A stretch of 63,818 bases of DNA, counting the filler, from Octopus bimaculoides (taxonomy: Eukaryota), in assembly GCF_001194135.2 (NCBI RefSeq). It is 6 parts of 6 records of this genome, joined end to end, with 100 filler letters (N's around TTAATTAATTAA, not from the genome) between each part and the next. Parts side by side here need not be neighbours in the genome. Positions count along the whole stretch, not along the records: positions 38,800 to 50,855 come from NC_068983.1; positions 50,956 to 55,310 come from NC_068992.1; 4 more parts are not named here. One strand, written 5' to 3'. Shown in pieces: positions 39,193 to 51,399 of this stretch (its first letter is position 1; each line of letters opens with the position of its first letter). The notes beneath the pieces were generated by a model. That model was not told the DNA's origin. It saw nothing but the letters and a program-made list of their open reading frames with translations, and did no database searches. A program made the translations under genes and the position numbers.

Positions 39193-40235
39193 AAGTAGGC
39201 ATTTGTATTTTTGTCAACAGAGCGTTATACAAACCATACATGGCTTTTCCAATCAACTTCGCATTTCAGTAGGAGAGCCTGAGTAGCTAGGAGGAGTAAA
39301 AAGGGAGACGGAAACCACAAGAGTTGCTGTGTGACTGTCTGGACATGTAACATCTTCACTCTTTAGTGTGTTCCTGTATGTCCATTGTTGTTAACTCCAG
39401 GGCACCCATATGGGAGAAGACCTATAATCAAAGATACTCCAACCTTGATCATACTCTTTTTTTCTTTTGATGCAATGCATCTCGGACTGCATTATCCAAT
39501 GTGGTCTTTTAGCAAATACTATCGAGTGCGAGTTGAGGAAGATTTGGTTGCTATTCCTAGCAGATCGAACAATCGTGTAGAACCTTCTTCGCTCAGTAGC
39601 TTCTGCTGCTGGCTACAGGGAAGGTGAAGGATGGTGAAGTAGACTGAGTCTGTTGCCGTTGCTTTACGCGAATCATTTGTTGTGTATATCCCAGCACTGT
39701 GATATCGGCTGTTGAAGCTATTTATAGTGCAGTTATCACTCCATGAATGCCTTTATTTTTTTTACAATATTTCTTTCAGGTGAGTAGAAAAGACAGTGCT
39801 TTAGGATGCTGCTGGGTGGCTAATATGTACCTGGATGTTTGGAAGGGGATTAATTCATGTACTAACAGGGAATATGAATCTTGAACACTCCTTAACGACC
39901 CTTCTCATGTCTAGAAGGTCTTTCATGTTTAGTATTTTTGTTTCGTTTTATAGATCTCTGGGTGTGGTTTTGTAAAAGTTGTGGTGGTTCGAAATGCGCT
40001 GTTTGTGAACCTGGTAGTTTATTGCTGTTTGAAGTGTGTGGGTAGGCGGGGACCCTGTCAGGATTGACGTAATCCTAAATGGATCTAATATATTAGTTTG
40101 TACGCCATTGTTATTGTTTTTTCTGCTTTCTAAGTGTTACCCATGACTATCTGAGTGTTACAGTCGCCTCTCATTCGTTCTTAAGCTTTCCTAAGCTATC
40201 TATATTTGTCATATGCGATGTTTGGTGTTAGTATA

Positions 40236-40618
40236 GGCGCAATGGCCCAGTGGTTAGGGTAGCGGACTCGCGGTCATAGGATCGCGGTTTCGATTCCCAG
40301 ACCGGGCGTTGTGAGTGTTTATTGAGCGAAAACACCTAAAAGCTCCACGAGGCTCCGGCAGGGGGTGGTGGCAAACCCTGCTGTACTCTTTCACCACAAC
40401 TTTCTCTCACTCTTACTTCCTATTTCTGTTGTGCCTGTAATTCAAAGTGTCAGCCTTGTCACACTGTGTCACGCTGAATCTCCCCGAGAACTACGTTAAG
40501 GGTATACGTGTCTGTGGAGTGCTCAGCCACTTGCACGTTAATTTCACGAGAAGGCTGTTCCGTTGATCGGATCAACTGGAACCCTCGACGTCGTAAGCGA
40601 CGGAGTGCCAATAACGAC
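40236..40618 (+). mobile_element. SINE family C, full length with target-site duplication
   Basis: tRNA head with A/B boxes and a short AAC-like tail. TSD atgtttggtgtta(gt/ta)ata at 40218-40235 and 40619-40636. Confidence 0.92.
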
Positions 40619-40684
40619 ATGTTTGGTGTTATAATATGTTCTCTTATTTCTTTTGTTTTAAAATTGTGGTAATTTATTTTGTTA

Positions 40685-40858
40685 GGCGTGGTGCTTCGTT
40701 ATATTTACTTATCATTAGTATTGTCGGTGGTGTGGATGACTGATTCCGGGTTCAGTCCCACTTGGTGGCATCTTGGGCAAATGTATTATGCTATAGCCCT
40801 GGGTCGACCTAAGCCTTGTGAATGGATTTTGTACATGGAAACTGAAAGAAGCCCTTCG

Positions 40859-40927
<69 letters not shown>

Positions 40928-41115
40928 GTGTGTGTGTCTTTGTGCCTATGTCCCCTACCAACGATTGACAACCGGTGTTGGTGCGTTTACGACTCTGTAA
41001 CCCAGTGGTTTGGCAAAAGAAATCGATAGAATAAATACCAGGCTTTAAAAAAAGTCCTGGGATCGATCTATTCGGCTAAAAATTCTACAAGGTGGTGCCC
41101 CAGCATGGCCGCAGT
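40685..41115 (+). mobile_element. SINE family A with internal (TCTA)n
   Basis: 5' module 40740-40860, (TCTA)n, then 3' module to gcagtctaatgac. Confidence 0.8.
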
Positions 41116-41122
41116 CTAATGA

Positions 41123-41242
41123 CCCCGAAGGAATGAAAGGCAAAGTCGACGTCGGCGAAATTTGAACTCAGAATGTAACGGCAGACGAAATACTGATAAG
41201 CATTTCGCTCGGCTCGCTAACGTTTCTGCCAGCTCGCCGCCG
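41123..41242 (-). mobile_element. SINE family B, 5' part
   Basis: gaatgaaaggcaaagtcgac..tttgaactcagaatgtaacggcagacgaaatac..ctaacgtttctgccagctcgccgcc. Confidence 0.85.
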
Positions 41243-41276
41243 TAGATACTGATAATAATAAATGTTGATGATAGGT

Positions 41277-41312
<36 letters not shown>

Positions 41313-41933
41313 CTGCTGCTGCTGCTGCTGATGATGATGATGCTCATTATGATGATGTTGATGGTGGTGGTGATAATTATAATGATAATGATGATGTTGA
41401 TAATGATGGTAATGATAATGATGATGATGGTGAAGATGATGATGATGATGACGATGGTGATGATGATGATGACGACGATGGTGATGATGAATTGTCTGTC
41501 ATTCAATATTAAACTTGATCCTTTGTCTGATGCAAAACTGTCTCGAGATTTCTTCTAATGTGCGTGCTATTGGATTTGATGTGGTGGTGTGAGGGTGTGG
41601 CGATGATGACGGGTTCATCAAGTGTAACGAAAGAGGCGAGATATCTGCCTGTACGGTTTCAATGACAGCCGAATATAACCGCTCTGGTTTTAAGAGCTGC
41701 AACTCGTAAACCTAACAGAAGTTGCATAATAAATAAGAAAGTTAATCTAACTTAATTATGCTCCAATTAAAATTCTTACTAAAACATTGATTTCGTACAT
41801 AGTCATATAACGTGGAATAAATATTGGTACTATCGCTTGATTAGGTTCGTCGTATTCGGTAGACATGTGGTTCGATTCCTGGAGGTGCCCACTTATTTTT
41901 CCGTTCTAAGGTGTATTTTTAACCGGAAATATA

Positions 41934-42490
41934 GGCGCAGGAGTAACTGTGTGGTAAGTAGCTTGCTTACCAACCACATTGTTCCGGGTTCATTCCCACT
42001 GCGTGGCACCTTGGGCAAGTGTCTTCTACTATAGCCTCGGGCCAACCAAAGCCTTGTGAGTGGATTTGGTAGACGGAAACTGAAAGAAGCGCGTCGTATA
42101 TATGTATANNNNNNNNNNNNNNNNNNNNNNNNNNNNNNNNNNNNNNNNNNNNNNNNNNNNNNNNNNNNNNNNNNNNNNNNNNNNNNNNNNNNNNNNNNNN
42201 NNNNNNNNNNNNNNNNNNNNNNNNNNNNNNNNNNNNNNNNNNNNNNNNNNNNNNNNTATGTATGTGTGTGTATATGTTTGTGTGCCCGTGTTTGTCCCCC
42301 CACCATCACTTGACAACCGATGCTTGTGTGTTTTTGTCCCCGTAACTTAGCGGTTCGGCAAAAGAGACCGATAGAATAAGTACTAGGCATCCAAAGAATA
42401 AGTCCTGGGGTCAATTTGCTCGACTAAAGGTGGTGCTCCAGCATGGCCGCAGTCAACTGACTGAAACAAGTAAAAGAGTAAAAGAATAAG
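41934..42490 (+). mobile_element. SINE family A, full length, internal microsatellite collapsed into a gap
   Basis: Both modules intact, flanking the (TA)/N/(TG) centre; tail gtaaaagagtaaaaga. Confidence 0.9.
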
Positions 42491-42520
42491 AGTAAAGAGC
42501 TATTATTTATAATTTCAGCA

Positions 42521-42660
42521 AGGCGGTGAGCTGGCGGAATCGTTAGCACGCCGGACTAAATGCTTAGCGGCATTTTGCCCGCCTTTACGTTCTGAGTTCA
42601 AATTCCACCGAGATCGACTTTGCCATTCCTCTTTTCCAGGTCGAGTAAATAAGTGCCAGC
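42521..42660 (+). mobile_element. SINE family B
   Basis: aaggcggtgagctggcggaatcgttagcacg..ttctgagttcaaattccaccgagatcgactttgcc. Confidence 0.85.
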
Positions 42661-43149
42661 TGAACAACAGAGTAGCCAAAATTTGAAATCGCTATTTATA
42701 GTTTCATTTGCATTTGAGCATCATTTTAAAAAGACTTATTTTCAAATTTCTCAGTGCTTCAAATGCGCCAGAACAAATGTAATCACTCTCCCATGTTAAC
42801 AGACTAAGCATCTAATGTAGATGGTTAATAGCTGTCAAGTCCACCTTGTAGAAATTATTGAGGCTGTCCGGTAATCGGTAGACACAAGGTTCGATTCCCA
42901 TTGATGATTTTACTCACAGGTATCATTCGTATAGTCCAGTCGCTTCAATCGACTATATTCCTTCCTGATAAGCTCTGTGTCCATGTTACTGAATTAAAAA
43001 TTTCAAGATTGGTGACAGCGAGAATTAATAGTTTGAAGGAGGAAATGTATTTAACTATGTTCTTTCAAATTCTGATGTCAAAACGTACTGGCACATACTT
43101 TACCTTTCATCCAACTAGCATTGTTAAAATAAATACCAGTCATATATTG

Positions 43150-43280
43150 CAGTTAAATAGATCAATGCAGTCCTCTCTCAACACGATCGCGGCAGAATTT
43201 GAACTTAGAACGTAAAGACGGACAAAATGCTGCCAAACATTTTGTCCTGTGTGCTAACGATTCCGACAGCTCACCGCCTT
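43150..43280 (-). mobile_element. SINE family B, diverged
   Basis: gaatttgaacttagaacgtaaagacggac..gtgctaacgattccgacagctcaccgcctt. Confidence 0.75.
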
Positions 43281-43440
43281 GCCTTGAGCTAATGTTAGAA
43301 ATCATTTCATGCGACTGGTATTTCATATTTTATTGACAACTATTGAGAAGAAGGTAAACTTTCCATGCTGAGGGATTCAATCTCAGAATTTACTAGAATC
43401 AAATGCGGTAAATATTTATGTGTATCACATAAGGTATATA

Positions 43441-44979
43441 CAGTCATGGTCAATGATTTTGGCAAACACCGTTCTTTTTTTGCTATTTCGCGTGAAATAT
43501 CTTGTGAATGTTAATGATTTAATATTATTTTAACAGGTTATCTGTTATCTAATAAGATTGCAAAGAAAAACTGTTGAAAATCAATAGATATTGCAAATAA
43601 TCATCAGTTTGTGGAATTGGTTATATTTCCTACAAGTGGAAATCACATTCCTCTTCATGATTTCAAGTTGGAATCGCATGCAAAATAATAATTAATAACC
43701 AGAACAGTAAGTAAAGTATGATGTCATGATGTCATGAGCTTTTTATGGTTCATTTTTAATTAATGAATGCTCTTTTCCCTCACGAAAACTTCAAATTTTC
43801 TTTTCTTTTATTGCAGTTACGATATTGGCACAAGAAAAACGTCAGTCAAAAATTTCTTTCCGCCAAAATGGCCTAACAGCACAGGATGTTGTTGCTAAAA
43901 GCAATGCACCTGAAAGAACTGTGTACAAGTTTATAAAAACTTGCAAAGATACATGATCATGACGGTGAAAAAGGCCCTTGGTCGTCAACGTCTGTCCTCT
44001 GACCACCAAGACAGGGCTGTGGTGAGAAATTCATTGAGGAATCAAAGTGCCGGCAGCAAACAGCCTGCTAAAGAGTAGGAATCAGCCGGTGTCAGCGCAT
44101 CAGCTCAGACTGTTCGACGACGACTTCTCGACAATGGTCTCGCTTCACGGAGTGCTGCAAAGAAGCCTTTTTTGTCTAAGAAAAACGTGAAGGACAGGCT
44201 TGCCTTTTTTCAGAAAATATAAAAATTAGTCGAGGGAACAATGGAATAAAGTGATTGTTTGGGACATGTGAAAAAAGGCTCGTCAGAAGGCGACAAGGCG
44301 GACGCTATGATGAGGTCTGTATCATGCTCACGGTCAAGCATTCAGAAACCATTCATGTGTGAAGTTGTTGTTCATCTAGGGGCGTTGAATCAGTGTCAGT
44401 TTTACCAAAAAAAAACCACTTCTATGAATTCCACATGGTATCAATATATCCTTGAAAACCATCTCCCTCCAACCATTGAGAGATAGTTTGGCGAAGAAAC
44501 TTGCATTTTCCAATAAGATGGAGCACCTTGCCACACTGCTAAAAAGATTAAAAAGTATCTTGGAGATAAAGATATTGAAATTTTGGAAAATTGACCGGGA
44601 AATTCTCTAGATTTAAATCCTATTGAAAATTTGTGGCCCATCCTTAAAATCCGTGTTGACAGTGAAAAGCCAACAAATATTGAACATTTGAAAACTCTCG
44701 TACAGCAAGAATGGTGGTGTGTAAACATAGAGCTGACTCAATCATCGGTTTCCAGTATACCTAAACGAATCATGGACGTCCCGAAAAATAGGAGTCGCCA
44801 CTGCAAATACTGAGGGGAAGATGAATAACTTCTTATTGTTCAAATGGTTCAAGTGTGTTATTATTTTTCGCTAATATGCTAGTACGCACTCAAACAAATC
44901 AGCCTTTTGCCTTAGATAGGCATATTTATATATTTTTGGTGTAAAATAACGCTTTTGCCAAAATCATTGGCCACGACTG
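43441..44979 (+). mobile_element. Full-length decayed Tc1-family transposon (about 1.54 kb)
   Basis: TIRs TA|cagtcatggtcaatgattttggcaaa and tttgccaaaatcattggccacgactg; transposase remnant in between. Confidence 0.92.
43820..44813 (+). pseudogene. Tc1 transposase pseudogene
   Basis: VSASAQTVRRRLLDNGLASRSAAKKPFLSKKNVKDRLAF, WNKVI, MNSTWYQYILENHL, FQ*DGAPCH, *PGNSLDLNPIENLW, ..CKY*. Several stops and frameshifts. Confidence 0.9.
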
Positions 44980-45093
44980 AAGGCATCTATCATATGTTCG
45001 TCATGGCACCTTCCAGTGTTACACTTTCAATAACCGTAGCTATGGAACGCATTGGGAGGCAATCGAAATATTTGATATATTCAAAACAAATTC

Positions 45094-45305
45094 GGCGGCG
45101 AACTTGGCAGAATCGTTACCGCGCTGGAATAAAAGCTTAGCAGCATTTCTTCCGACCTTACATTCTGAGTTCAAATGCCGCTGGGGTCTACTTTGCCTTT
45201 CATCCCTTCGGAGTCGATAAAATAAATACCATTTGAGAACTGGGGGTCGATGTAATTGACTTACTCCTTTCCTCGAAATTGCTGCCCTTGCGCCAAAATC
45301 TGAAA
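45094..45305 (+). mobile_element. SINE family B
   Basis: ggcggcgaacttggcagaatcgttacc..ttctgagttcaaatgcc..ctttgcctttcatcccttcggagtcgataaaat..gcccttgcgccaaaat. Confidence 0.8.
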
Positions 45306-46922
45306 CGAAATTAGAGATATAGAAATCTTCAAAATAATAAACCAATCTTTCAGAGATTTATAAATTTATGCATCAAAATAGAAAATAAGGACCTTTAAAA
45401 AACGTGGAATTAACATAGGTCCCGCTGGATATTTTAAAGGCAAATGAACTGAAGCTAATGTAAGGGCTGTTTCACATTTTATTGACAACTGTGATATTCG
45501 TCCCTGGTTAGATTTTACTTCAGAACCAGCAGAATTAAAATGCTATAAATGTTGGTTTTCTGTTCAAATAGGTAAGGGGGGGGGGCATATCATTCAGGGG
45601 GTGGAAAATGAGAATCTATGACTTTAATGATTCCAATTTATGGTGCAAGTACTATTAAATGTTTTAATCTGGGAATTGAACTCATATCGTCATATCGACT
45701 TATAAGAAACACGTCTTTTGTTGCTCTACAATAAATATCGATTTCTTTGATTAGTACACGTTGGCATGTTTCTTCTATATGATTGGTTGGCACTATCTTA
45801 TTAATTCCCATTCTTAGGAGCAGGTCAACCCTAATCAGTGAAATCCTGCTTGGACCATTTCGTTTTTCCTCAAGTATACTCTTTCTACATTATTCAATGC
45901 CTAAATCTCTTTTTTAAAGAAAGTTGTGTGTGGTTTCAGGGAGGTGTGGGGATATCTTAAGCGGACCGCTTACGAGACACTTAGGTAGGCATTCAATGCG
46001 CTGAAAATAGCAGTAAAATCTTCCTTAAATGATACCATGCAATCTTAAAATACAAAGAATAATACATTTGAATAATATAGTCCTGGATGTACTATAATAA
46101 AAATAAAGAATTGGGGGTTTCGTTTAGAACGGTTTTGTTTGTAAGAATTTGCCTGGCTGGGGCTGACCCGGCGTTACTTTAACCATTTCTGAATACTTGT
46201 TGCTGAAGATGTTATGCTCATCTTAGTTGTCCAGTTTCCATTACAATTAAGTAGTAAGTTGATCAACGAGAGATAAGGAACGTTCTGATTGGATAGAATT
46301 AAGGACAAAAAAACAAGAAGAAATATATATACAGGTCTTTGTTTTTCTTAGGAAAGAAAGAAAACATCGTTGTCACAAAATCCATTCTGTTGTAAATCCG
46401 ATGCAAGCATGCGCTTCACCTGAACCAACGAATATAAGAACAGTACTTTTTAAGAAATTAAAACAACAAAAACAGAACAAAAACAAACTTCAGTGACCAG
46501 CCTAAACAACAGAAATCAATGATTTAAGACAAATTCATTGATATAGTCCTTTTATCTTCCTATTTACATATGTCCACTAGCAACACTCATATCTACAACT
46601 CGTTCACCAACTGATAGCAAGACAATCTGAGCAACCATATTTGATGTAGATTTCTTTTACTTCTTTATTTATATAGCCCCCCCCCCCACAGATATATATA
46701 TATATATGTTTACATAATTTTGCTTCTTTCTACGTCATTTTTTCTTTCACTTTCTCCATCTTTAGGACTTCCTCTGAAATGATTGTGTTATATAACATGA
46801 TTTAGATTTGTGTTGACCAATTCTATCAGTGTTAGATAGCCTTTAGTACTGTAGACGATATTTCTGTTACCTTCTTTCTCCGTTATTTTTTTAATGTTTG
46901 TATAGAGTAGAAAGCAGAGAGG

Positions 46923-46927
<5 letters not shown>

Positions 46928-47015
<88 letters not shown>
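46928..47015. repeat. (GA)n microsatellite
   Basis: Direct reading. Confidence 0.95.
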
Positions 47016-47016
<1 letters not shown>

Positions 47017-47196
47017 ACAGAGATTGAAAGAGATAAAGGTAGTTAATGTAATATAAAAACAGATAATATGGAGATATCTTGTAGCCAAGTAGGAAATATA
47101 GATTCTCACAACAGCAAGAAGAAAAAGAAGAAAAAGAAGAAAAAGAAGAAAAAAGAAGAAAAAGAAGAAAAAAGAAGAAGAAAAAGAAGAAGAAAA

Positions 47197-47250
<54 letters not shown>

Positions 47251-47744
47251 CCGACGGCGACATCAATATCGTCGGCGCAAGTAAAAACCCTGAAATCAAT
47301 TGGACAAAAAGAAGCCAGAGAGAGAAAGAAAGAGAGAAAGAGTGAGGTGAGGAGGGAGAGATAGGGAGGGAGAGAGGTGGAGAGAGAGCGAGTGAAAAAA
47401 AGAGAAGAAGACAGAGAGGTGGGTAAAAGAAAAGAGACACAAACATGTCTGATTATTTTAGTGTCTAAGGGTAGTAGTGGTAGTAGTAGTAGTAGTAGTA
47501 GTAGTCTGCCATGTTTACGTCTTCTGAAAGGAGTCGAACATGTAGCGATTGATCTGTTAGAAATAGCACCGATTTACACGAAAATCAAAATTTTTTTCCC
47601 CGAAAAAAGAAAGGGCAACTTAAATAATATAACTGCTTTGATTGATACAAAATCTCGAGCTAGTCGAAACTGGAACCTATTTGGTCATATGTCTGTCCAC
47701 TTGATCAAAGTCTCCCTCTCTCTTGCTCTCTTTCCCCTCTTTCG

Positions 47745-47798
<54 letters not shown>

Positions 47799-47805
47799 GC
47801 ATGTA

Positions 47806-47846
<41 letters not shown>

Positions 47847-47871
47847 GTGTATCTATCTATCTATCTATCTG

Positions 47872-47926
<55 letters not shown>

Positions 47927-48089
47927 GTCTGTCTATCTGTCTGTCTATCTGTCTATCTAGCTGTCTATTTATCTATATCTGCATATGTATGTATTGTGCA
48001 TTTACATGTATGTTTGAGCATAAATCTTCATACTCTATTATAATATATATACACATACACATACATGTGTGTGTGTATGAATGAAAGCA

Positions 48090-48122
<33 letters not shown>

Positions 48123-48939
48123 TTATATATANNNNNNNNNNNNNNNNNNNNNNNNNNNNNNNNNNNNNNNNNNNNNNNNNNNNNNNNNNNNNNNNNNNNN
48201 NNNNNNNNNNNNNNNNNNNNNNNNNNNNNNNNNNNNNNNNNNNNNNNNNNNNNNNNNNNNNNNNNNNNNNNNNNNNNNNNNNNNNNNNNNNNNNNNNNNN
48301 NNNNNNNNNNNNNNNNNNNNNNNNNNNNNNNNNNNNNNNNNNNNNNNNNNNNNNNNNNNNNNNNNNNNNNNNNNNNNNNNNNNNNNNNNNNNNNNNNNNN
48401 NNNNNNNNNNNNNNNNNNNNNNNNNNNNNNNNNNNNNNNNNNNNNNNNNNNNNNNNNNNNNNNNNNNNNNNNNNNNNNNNNNNNNNNNNNNNNNNNNNNN
48501 NNNNNNACCTGGGGCTAAACAACAACAACAACAACAACAAAAACAACACCAATAATAGTAGCACCACCACCACCACCACCATCATCGCTAGCCACCCCGC
48601 CATCACCAACTGTCGCCAACAACAATAACAACAGAAGTACAAGTCAGGACACAGTAATGACACTATAGCTGAATAGAGAAGAAGAAACATTTTCTTTTCT
48701 TTTTCTTTTTCTTTTCTTTTTTGTTTGTTTGTTTGTTCATGACTTTCTATAAAGTATTGCATGACGTCAATAAGCGGTGGCTATCTGACTGAAATATCTC
48801 AATGTCGTTAGACAATTGTATAAGACAGTGTAATTGGGTTGACTGTCTGCAAGACGTCAGATCAACAGCAAAGATTTTTGACGGCGGAATATAAAACAAC
48901 AATAACAACAATAATAACAACAACAATAACATCAACAAA

Positions 48940-48975
<36 letters not shown>

Positions 48976-49192
48976 TAGAACCACAAGGAAGAGAGGAACA
49001 AACCTAGGAAAACAAAGTTGTACAAAACAACAACTTTAACAACAAAAATAACATCGATAATAACGAGAAATACAAAAAAAGAAGAAAGACAAAAATGAAG
49101 GAACAAATTTAAGCACAGTTAAAAATTATCGCTGTTTATAAAATCATTTTTTGCTGGAGCCACAACACGCTGGCTATAATAGTTGAAATATC

Positions 49193-49254
<62 letters not shown>

Positions 49255-49279
49255 GTTCTCACTACTTCCAATGAATATA

Positions 49280-49989
49280 TTGGGGGAGGGGGAATGTCGG
49301 TTGCATCGGCCCCCAGTATTTCACTGGTACTTAATTTATCGACCCCGAAAGGATGAAAGGCAAAGTCGACCTCGGTGGAGTTTGAATTCGGAACGATCGT
49401 AAAGACGGAAGAAATGCCGCCAAACATTTTGCTTGCTCGCACAGTGAACAGTAAGTCTATTAAATCGACAATAGAACTTCAATTTTTATCAAATCTGGAA
49501 AGAATAATTATTGGGTTGGTGCATAATTATTGCGGCTTTTTTTCAACACATTTTATTCAGCAAAAACAATAACATCATGTTACAAAAAAACATATTTAAA
49601 TGATTATTCCGGAGCGTATTCAGCATCTACTTCAATTACTGCTTCCCATTTGCTTGGCAGACAGTCAGACCGTCATTTAAAGATGTTTTTGTTAAATATT
49701 GTCTTTGTTGAATAAAATTTGTTGAAAAAAAGCCGCAATAATTATGCACCAAACAAATAATTATTCTTTCCAAATTTGATAAAAAATTAAGGTTCTAGGG
49801 TCGATTTAATAGACTTTTTGTTCACTGTGCGAGCAAGCAAAATATTTGGCGGCATTTCTTCCGTCTTTACGATCGTTCCGAATTCAAACTCCACCGAGAT
49901 GGACTTTGCCTTTCATCCTTTCGGGGGTCGATAAATTAACTATCAGTCAAGTACTGGAGCCGATGTAACCGACATTCTCCCTCCTCCAA
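49280..49989. repeat. Long inverted duplication (arms 49280-49603 and 49673-49989, 69-bp spacer)
   Basis: The arms align over about 320 bp with scattered mismatches and indels. Each contains a SINE B part, unique flank and a mariner right end. Confidence 0.95.
49511..49757 (-). mobile_element. Mariner (Hsmar1/MADE1-like TIR) 3' end, with TIRs on both sides
   Basis: TA|ttgggttggtgcataattattgcggc...gccgcaataattatgcaccaaacaaa|TA. The spacer reads LPSKWEAVIEVDAEYAPE* on the minus strand (mariner C-terminus). Confidence 0.8.
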
Positions 49990-50058
49990 AATTTCAGGCT
50001 TTGTGCCTGCAATAGAAAGGATTATCATCATTATTATTATTAATATTTTTATTATTAA

Positions 50059-50142
<84 letters not shown>

Positions 50143-50143
<1 letters not shown>

Positions 50144-50635
50144 TAGTGAGAGAGCAGTGCATGCCATTAAAGTGACACTGGGGTATATACGAAGCCCAAT
50201 ATACCCATCATGACTACCGTCTGATAAGGGTACACCAGGCACATGCATCACGGCCATATGTGCGCGACATAGTGATCTCATATCAAGATAAACAGTGCAT
50301 GACCTTTCAGGTGGAGCTCAGTTAGAAATTTTTTCAGGCCGAGTAGCCCATCCCGCTCAAAGGTCCCTGAATAAGGTTTGTTTAAGGATGTTGAACGAAT
50401 CGCCCATGTTTCCGGAGGTGAATCATCCAAATCTCAAAGAATTCCTCTCAACACATCTCTGATGCTCCCCTACTACTGCTCAACTGGTTAAAGTCAAGTA
50501 ACTGACGAGCAAATCTGTGATATTGAGCAGGATATTTTCTGTAGCCCATCTTTTATACCAAGACAAAGCAATGTACATGGATAACACTTCCAATCAGTTA
50601 AGATCAGAAGCCATGTGAGCCACTGCCTGGTACTG

Positions 50636-50638
<3 letters not shown>
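50143..50638. mobile_element. About 500-bp non-coding interspersed element embedded in (TTA)n on both sides
   Basis: Sharp compositional boundaries with (TTA)n at 50030-50142 and 50638-50685. I recall this as a common octopus repeat, but only one copy is in the window. Confidence 0.5.
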
Positions 50639-50684
<46 letters not shown>

Positions 50685-51139
50685 GTTCAGTAGTTTTATT
50701 TTTATAACGTGCTTTCACTTCACTACCGAGCGCAGCTCTGTGCGCCTTGGGTATGTGCTGTGGTTTGCTGTGGTGCTCTTATGTTTACTGTGTTGAAAGT
50801 GTTTTGCGTAGAATGTGTGCAGTACCCAGTAGTGCAATTTTCTGTATGTTATATANNNNNNNNNNNNNNNNNNNNNNNNNNNNNNNNNNNNNNNNNNNNT
50901 TAATTAATTAANNNNNNNNNNNNNNNNNNNNNNNNNNNNNNNNNNNNNNNNNNNNATTTATCTAATTTCAGTGGAATCTATCCACTGGTTTTCAGAAATA
51001 GAGTTATTAATATTTCTAAGTCTCTCTAAAGGAGATTTGAAGTTAGATGTCACTACTGTTCATACCATCTGTGGATAAATTCAAAATTTGATGATATCAC
51101 CAGTAGTGGCATGGGTGGATATATATATATATATATATA

Positions 51140-51259
51140 AGAGACCGATAGAATAAGTACTAGGCTTACAAAGAATAAGTCCTGGGGTCGATTTGTTCGA
51201 CTTAAGGCGCTACTCCAGCATGGCCGCAGCCAAATGACTGAAGCAAGTAAAAAATAAAA

Positions 51260-51260
<1 letters not shown>
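51140..51260 (+). mobile_element. SINE family A, 3' module
   Basis: gagaccgatagaataagtactaggcttacaaagaataagtcctggggtcgatttgttcgact..gactgaagcaagtaaa. Confidence 0.85.
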
Positions 51261-51301
<41 letters not shown>

Positions 51302-51399
51302 TTGTGTGTATATATATGTATGTGTGCATGTATGTGTGCATCGAAGAATGTATACGTGCAATCGTATGCATCTGTACCATCTTATAAGGATGTAAATAC

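Noticed and set aside
50248-50328. Patchy similarity to 5S rRNA (acggccata, tgatctc, aagataaacag)
   Set aside because: Short scattered matches with wrong spacing and no box C; likely chance.
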